DNA from: Macrostomum lignano | Lineage: Eukaryota | Assembly: GCA_002269645.1 (NCBI GenBank) | Contig: NIVC01001014.1 | Location: forward strand, 62,001 to 126,000 | Direction of reading: 5' to 3' | Length of the DNA stretch: 64,000 nt | Shown here: positions 60,251 to 64,000 of the stretch, in pieces | Numbering within the stretch: position 1 is the stretch's first letter | Layout: the number at the start of each line of letters is the position of its first letter | Notes under the pieces: generated by a model | The model's database searches: none | What the model was told of the DNA's origin: nothing | The model's input: the letters and a program-made list of their open reading frames with translations, nothing else | Translations under genes and position numbers: made by a program

Positions 60251-60615
60251 GGGGCTGTAGCCTAGTGGTCAGAGCGTCGGAATCACGACTGAAAGGTCAC
60301 GGGTTCGATTCTCGACACACTTGAAGCTATTTGTGTCCTTGAGCAAGACTATGGACTTCTGCGGTATAAATTTAACATCGAACTGGTGCTGGCGCCCCTG
60401 GTTCTGGCACCCCTGGTGCTAAATCCCCTGGTGCTAAAGCCCCTGGTGCTAAAGCCCCTGGTGCTAAAGCCCCTGGTGCTAAAGCCCCTGGTGCTAAAGC
60501 CCCAGTACCACCAAAATAGTTTGAATGGTTCTATTATTTGGTAAATTTATATTTTAGAAGTCCCTGGTAAGAAAGACACCCCAACTCTGCATTGCTTCAG
60601 TTCACCCAGCTGGGG
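60251..60615 (+). mobile_element. SINE family B copy interrupted by a small TIR element (about 60354-60561) that carries a 15-bp tandem array
   Basis: Head GGGGCTGTAGCCTAGTGGTCAGAGCGTCGG..GGTTCGATTC; CORE-like TGTGTCCTTGAGCAAGAC resumes near 60573. Insert ends GGACTTCT..TATAAATTTA / TAAATTTATA..AGAAGTCC. Confidence 0.65.
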
Positions 60616-60912
60616 TAATTGATTGAGGGTTCAGATGCTGTTAAAATTACTAAATATTAATATTGTTTGTAAACATTATCCACGCCACTGAAAATACTGC
60701 ATACGAGAAAAACGTCTTGAACATTTAGGATGGTAAATAAATCCTCTCTTACAAATGACCGTCAGTAATATAATTATGTTTTTATTTGATGCTTTTCAAG
60801 CATTGCAATTGGCAATATAGAAAGTTAAGCCATTGTTTCTGTTGCAATAACTATAGGTAACTAAGGTCACGTTAGCTGCGTAGAACATGCATCAGCCGCT
60901 AGGACGTCATCT

Positions 60913-61589
60913 TCAACCCCGCCAGGCATTCTCAGCCGGGGTCCCATAACAGGACGCCGGATGCATGAAGAAGTTCCGGCAGAGTTTCGAGCGTTTCATT
61001 GCCTGTCGAAGCTCCTGACTCTTCCAGTTGGCGCTGATGCCGGCAGGAATAGGTGGCGAATTTCTCCGATACTTCGCATAGGCCCGAGCAGGAGCCGGTA
61101 TGAACTGGAACTCGATGAAATTTGAAGTAGCAAACATTGAAGTCACTACTGATTAAACTATAATAAGAGCGACAAACGTGGAAAACTAAAGTAGAAGGAC
61201 GCACTTTTAGCGACATTGTCACACAACCAGCGAGAGGCATTGCTGCCCATTCCGCCGACTCCCCCTGAGCAGGCACACAAGCGCGCGGATGCGTACGCAG
61301 TCATACGCACAGGCATATGGCGTCAGGCATGTACCTATGTTGTCTTGGGGGTTGGCCCTCGAGGACGTTAATTGCACGAGCCGAGCCAAGCTTCTACCGA
61401 TCTTTCTATCTTCCCATTGTCGCTGTTGTGCCTCATACTTATTTGGCAGTGCTATAAAGGGTTGTTGTACGAGTAATACGGACTTACGATGCCGAACTTG
61501 CGATCTTCGGGCAGCGCCAGAGCTTCTTGGGCAGCCACCGCCAAGAGTCCAAGAGCAACCAGCACAAGTAGAGCAAATCTGCAACTCAT
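60913..61589 (-). CDS. Putative neuropeptide precursor, 97 aa (somatostatin/allatostatin-C-like Cys loop)
   Basis: Exons 61589-61488 (donor GTAAGT) and 61104-60913 (acceptor TTCCAG), phase 0: MSCRFALLVLVALGLLAVAAQEALALPEDRKFGI|FIPAPARAYAKYRRNSPPIPAGISANWKSQELRQAMKRSKLCRNFFMHPASCYGTPAENAWRG*. Hydrophobic signal peptide, RK/RR/KR sites, terminal Gly. Confidence 0.8.
61230..61410 (-). mobile_element. SINE family A, partial copy in the intron of the prepropeptide gene
   Basis: Reverse complement matches 51100-51290 and 15950-16150. Confidence 0.75.
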
Positions 61590-62904
61590 AATTCCTTTGA
61601 GAGTCTGGTTGCGCCGGAGAATGAGTCGCTGTGAACAAGTCATTTTTAGGGCAGAAGATTTGCCAATTTTTATAGATTTGAAAGATCAAAGGCGTCGGAC
61701 CGCCCACGGAACTGCTGGGCCTCTGCTGTTTGCGGATTCCGATAAACTGGATTATTTTTCAGTTTTTTTGGAAACCTTCAAAAAATTCCTGACAATTCGT
61801 AACACAATGCTTTTGCGCAAATATGGAAGCAAAATTTCGGATCGGATGAAGATGAAATGCCCGTTTTGTTACATTGCATGCAGGATCTTTTGCTACAATA
61901 TCGATTTTTTTATTCTGAGAGATTTGTCCAGGCTCAATTGATGATGGATTGGGTTGCTTGCGCAGAACCGTCTTTTGCGGGCTTGTAGCTAAGGTTAAGC
62001 AAGGGTTCTGGGCGCTGTCCCAACCAGCTAGGAGGCAAAGAAGTCATGTCCTGTCGCTTATCCATATGCCTCTTGAGCAGGCACTCGCTCACACAGGGTT
62101 TACAGCGGCTCTGCCTTTCTAATCGTCAGGGCATGTACACTGTCGTGGCCCTCGTGAGCGAGAATCACATTTAAATACGAGCTCCATGGGTAGGCCAATA
62201 TTCTTGTACTCAAAATGGCTTGTTTCTTCACTTTATCTCTCGAGAAACTTCTGCAATCAGAGTTTGTAATGTATACCTACCGTCCTAATTAGTCACTGAT
62301 CTCATAATCTCGGATCGCAGGTTAAACACAGAAGCTGTTCACCAACACTTCCTACTAATAGTAGCATTTAATGTCCTTATGTACGATAGCGATCCTCGTG
62401 TAGCGATAAGAGTGGAGAGACAGACCCAAGAGCTGAGTAAAGAGTGGAGAGGCTGATTCAAGAGCTGAGTAAGGAGCGGAGAGTCATCCGAGAGCTGAGC
62501 AGGATTCAAATTTTGGTAGAAAAATTAGAACCATAAAGGGCATATTGCAAATTCGCAGTCAGACAGAATGCTCAGACTTCACACACTAAGCCTAAGGCTA
62601 TAGACGTTCTCAGACTCTTGAATAGAATTGCTTGTCAGATTCGCCAACCTAAACTGTCCTGGGAAACAAAAACAATGAGGATGGCAAGACCATAAAGATA
62701 TTCCTTAGGAGATGGAGACCCGCCGCTCCCCGTGAAATTCATTGAATTTTTTTAAGTTTCGAGTTTTAAATTAAAAACCTCACTGCAGACGGTAGTGTTT
62801 TACCCAATTACTCAAGAAGACAGACTGCCAAGGTTTACTGAGGGAAATGCTGTGTCTCATGAGGGAATTTTTGAGATTAATGTGCAGGGGAATCGATTAG
62901 ATAT

Positions 62905-64000
62905 AACAACAAAGCCCGTCCCGTTGGCAGTGTCGGGCGCCCCAGCGTCGCGTAGCAGGCAGTCCACGTATCGACGGGTTTGAGCCTGACCCCGCCTGAA
63001 CGGGCCCTGCAAGGTGAGCAGCAAAAGTCCTGAGCAGGTTGGGGGTAGGAGTTCTCGGCCCGGATTATGTGGCCCGCCAGTTGAAGACGCCGCCGGCGCA
63101 GGATGGTGGACGGGCGCTGTTGGCCCGATCGTACAGGGCCTCGGTCCCGACGCTCTCGTCAGCTCGAAAGGCCGCACGGAGCAGCCCTGAGTGCGCCGAG
63201 TGCAGCTGCCGCTCTAGCCTAGCCGTCAGCGTCCACTCTCAGCGTTGTAGAGCAGGACGGATCTACCACCGCCTGCAACAGCCGAGCCCTCTGGCGGTCG
63301 GGCAGCGCTTCGGACTGGAGGACGGCTCGGATCGAACGGAAGGCCGCCCAGGCAAGTCCTCTGCGCCGCCGGAGGTCTTCCTCCACGTGAGACACCAGAC
63401 CGCCGAGGTAGGTGAACCGCTGGCAGCGTGCGAGCCTGGTCGTCTGCCCGTCTGCGCCGCGGCACGTCAGGTCCGTTGGGATGTCGGCCGGCACAGTCAG
63501 CACCTCGGTCTTCAGCGTGTTGACAACCAGACCGACGCTCGATGCCACCTCGACGGGCCTGTCGATCTGGCGCTTGGCGCCTTCAACGGACGAGGAGAGG
63601 AGGGCGAGGTCGTCGGCGTAGCCAAGCACACTCAGGCGCTCAGATGCGTCTGCGCAGCAGGAAGCCGTCGTCAGAGGAGGGGAGTGCGGTCCGAAGCACC
63701 CAGTCCAGCAGCAGCACGAAGAGGAACGGCGCCAGCGTGTTGCCCTGCAGAACTCTTGATGAAGTGTCGAACAGACCACACAAACCGTTCGCCGTCACCA
63801 CAGCAGCTTGAGTATCGCAAGTCTCAGAGCAGGAGTTGGTGGTCTGACCGGAGAGTCAGCGGAGCCATGGTGTCGCAGTTGGTGACGCGGCGGCGCTCGC
63901 GAGCGCGAATCAGCGCATGATCGAGTTGCGCCAGTCTCCTAGTGGCGTTCCGCCCGCGTGCGTTCCGTCAGCTTCTCTTGCAGCCCGAAAAGGTAGCCAG
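62905..64000 (-). mobile_element. Degenerate non-LTR retrotransposon (RT and 3' end), related to the 29095-31345 element; continues beyond the window
   Basis: RLSVLGYADDLALLSSSVEGAKRQ..VGLVVNTLKT..CQRFTYLGG..DLRRRRGLAWAAF. Confidence 0.9.

Noticed and set aside
60251-60325. tRNA-Val-like sequences here and at 26110-26184 (minus)
   Set aside because: The acceptor stems do not pair and both continue into a shared CORE-like SINE body, so they are SINE heads.

Overview
Eukaryotic (animal) genomic DNA with spliceosomal GT-AG introns. GC-rich exons, AT-rich spacers and minisatellite-filled introns suggest a free-living flatworm such as Macrostomum; this is an inference, not a database match. Seven genes were reconstructed by hand: a 12-13 exon BAZ1B/WSTF-like chromatin remodeller (minus, 2.7-14.5 kb); a 4-exon orphan gene (23.9-27.2 kb); a same-strand cluster of ceramide synthase, ABHD12 (one in-frame TGA), alpha-L-fucosidase and UROS (41-60 kb); and a 97-aa secreted prepropeptide with a somatostatin/allatostatin-C-like disulfide loop (minus, 60.9-61.6 kb). 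The 14.5-41 kb interval is largely transposon-derived: MULE, P element, APE-type non-LTR fragments, a young RT-less Ty3/Gypsy element whose 3' LTR carries an 849-bp non-coding retroposon, SINEs and MITEs. The best leads are: (1) the candidate neuropeptide precursor; (2) a UROS gene with no genomic ATG, whose splice acceptor is in frame for a spliced-leader-donated AUG; (3) about 30 tandem CLEAR/TFEB-type motifs in an intron of the lysosomal fucosidase; (4) long minisatellites confined to transcribed intervals, one family shared by two unrelated genes; (5) local domains of CpG and CpA-to-TpA decay. All alignments to known proteins are from memory of the families; no searches were run.
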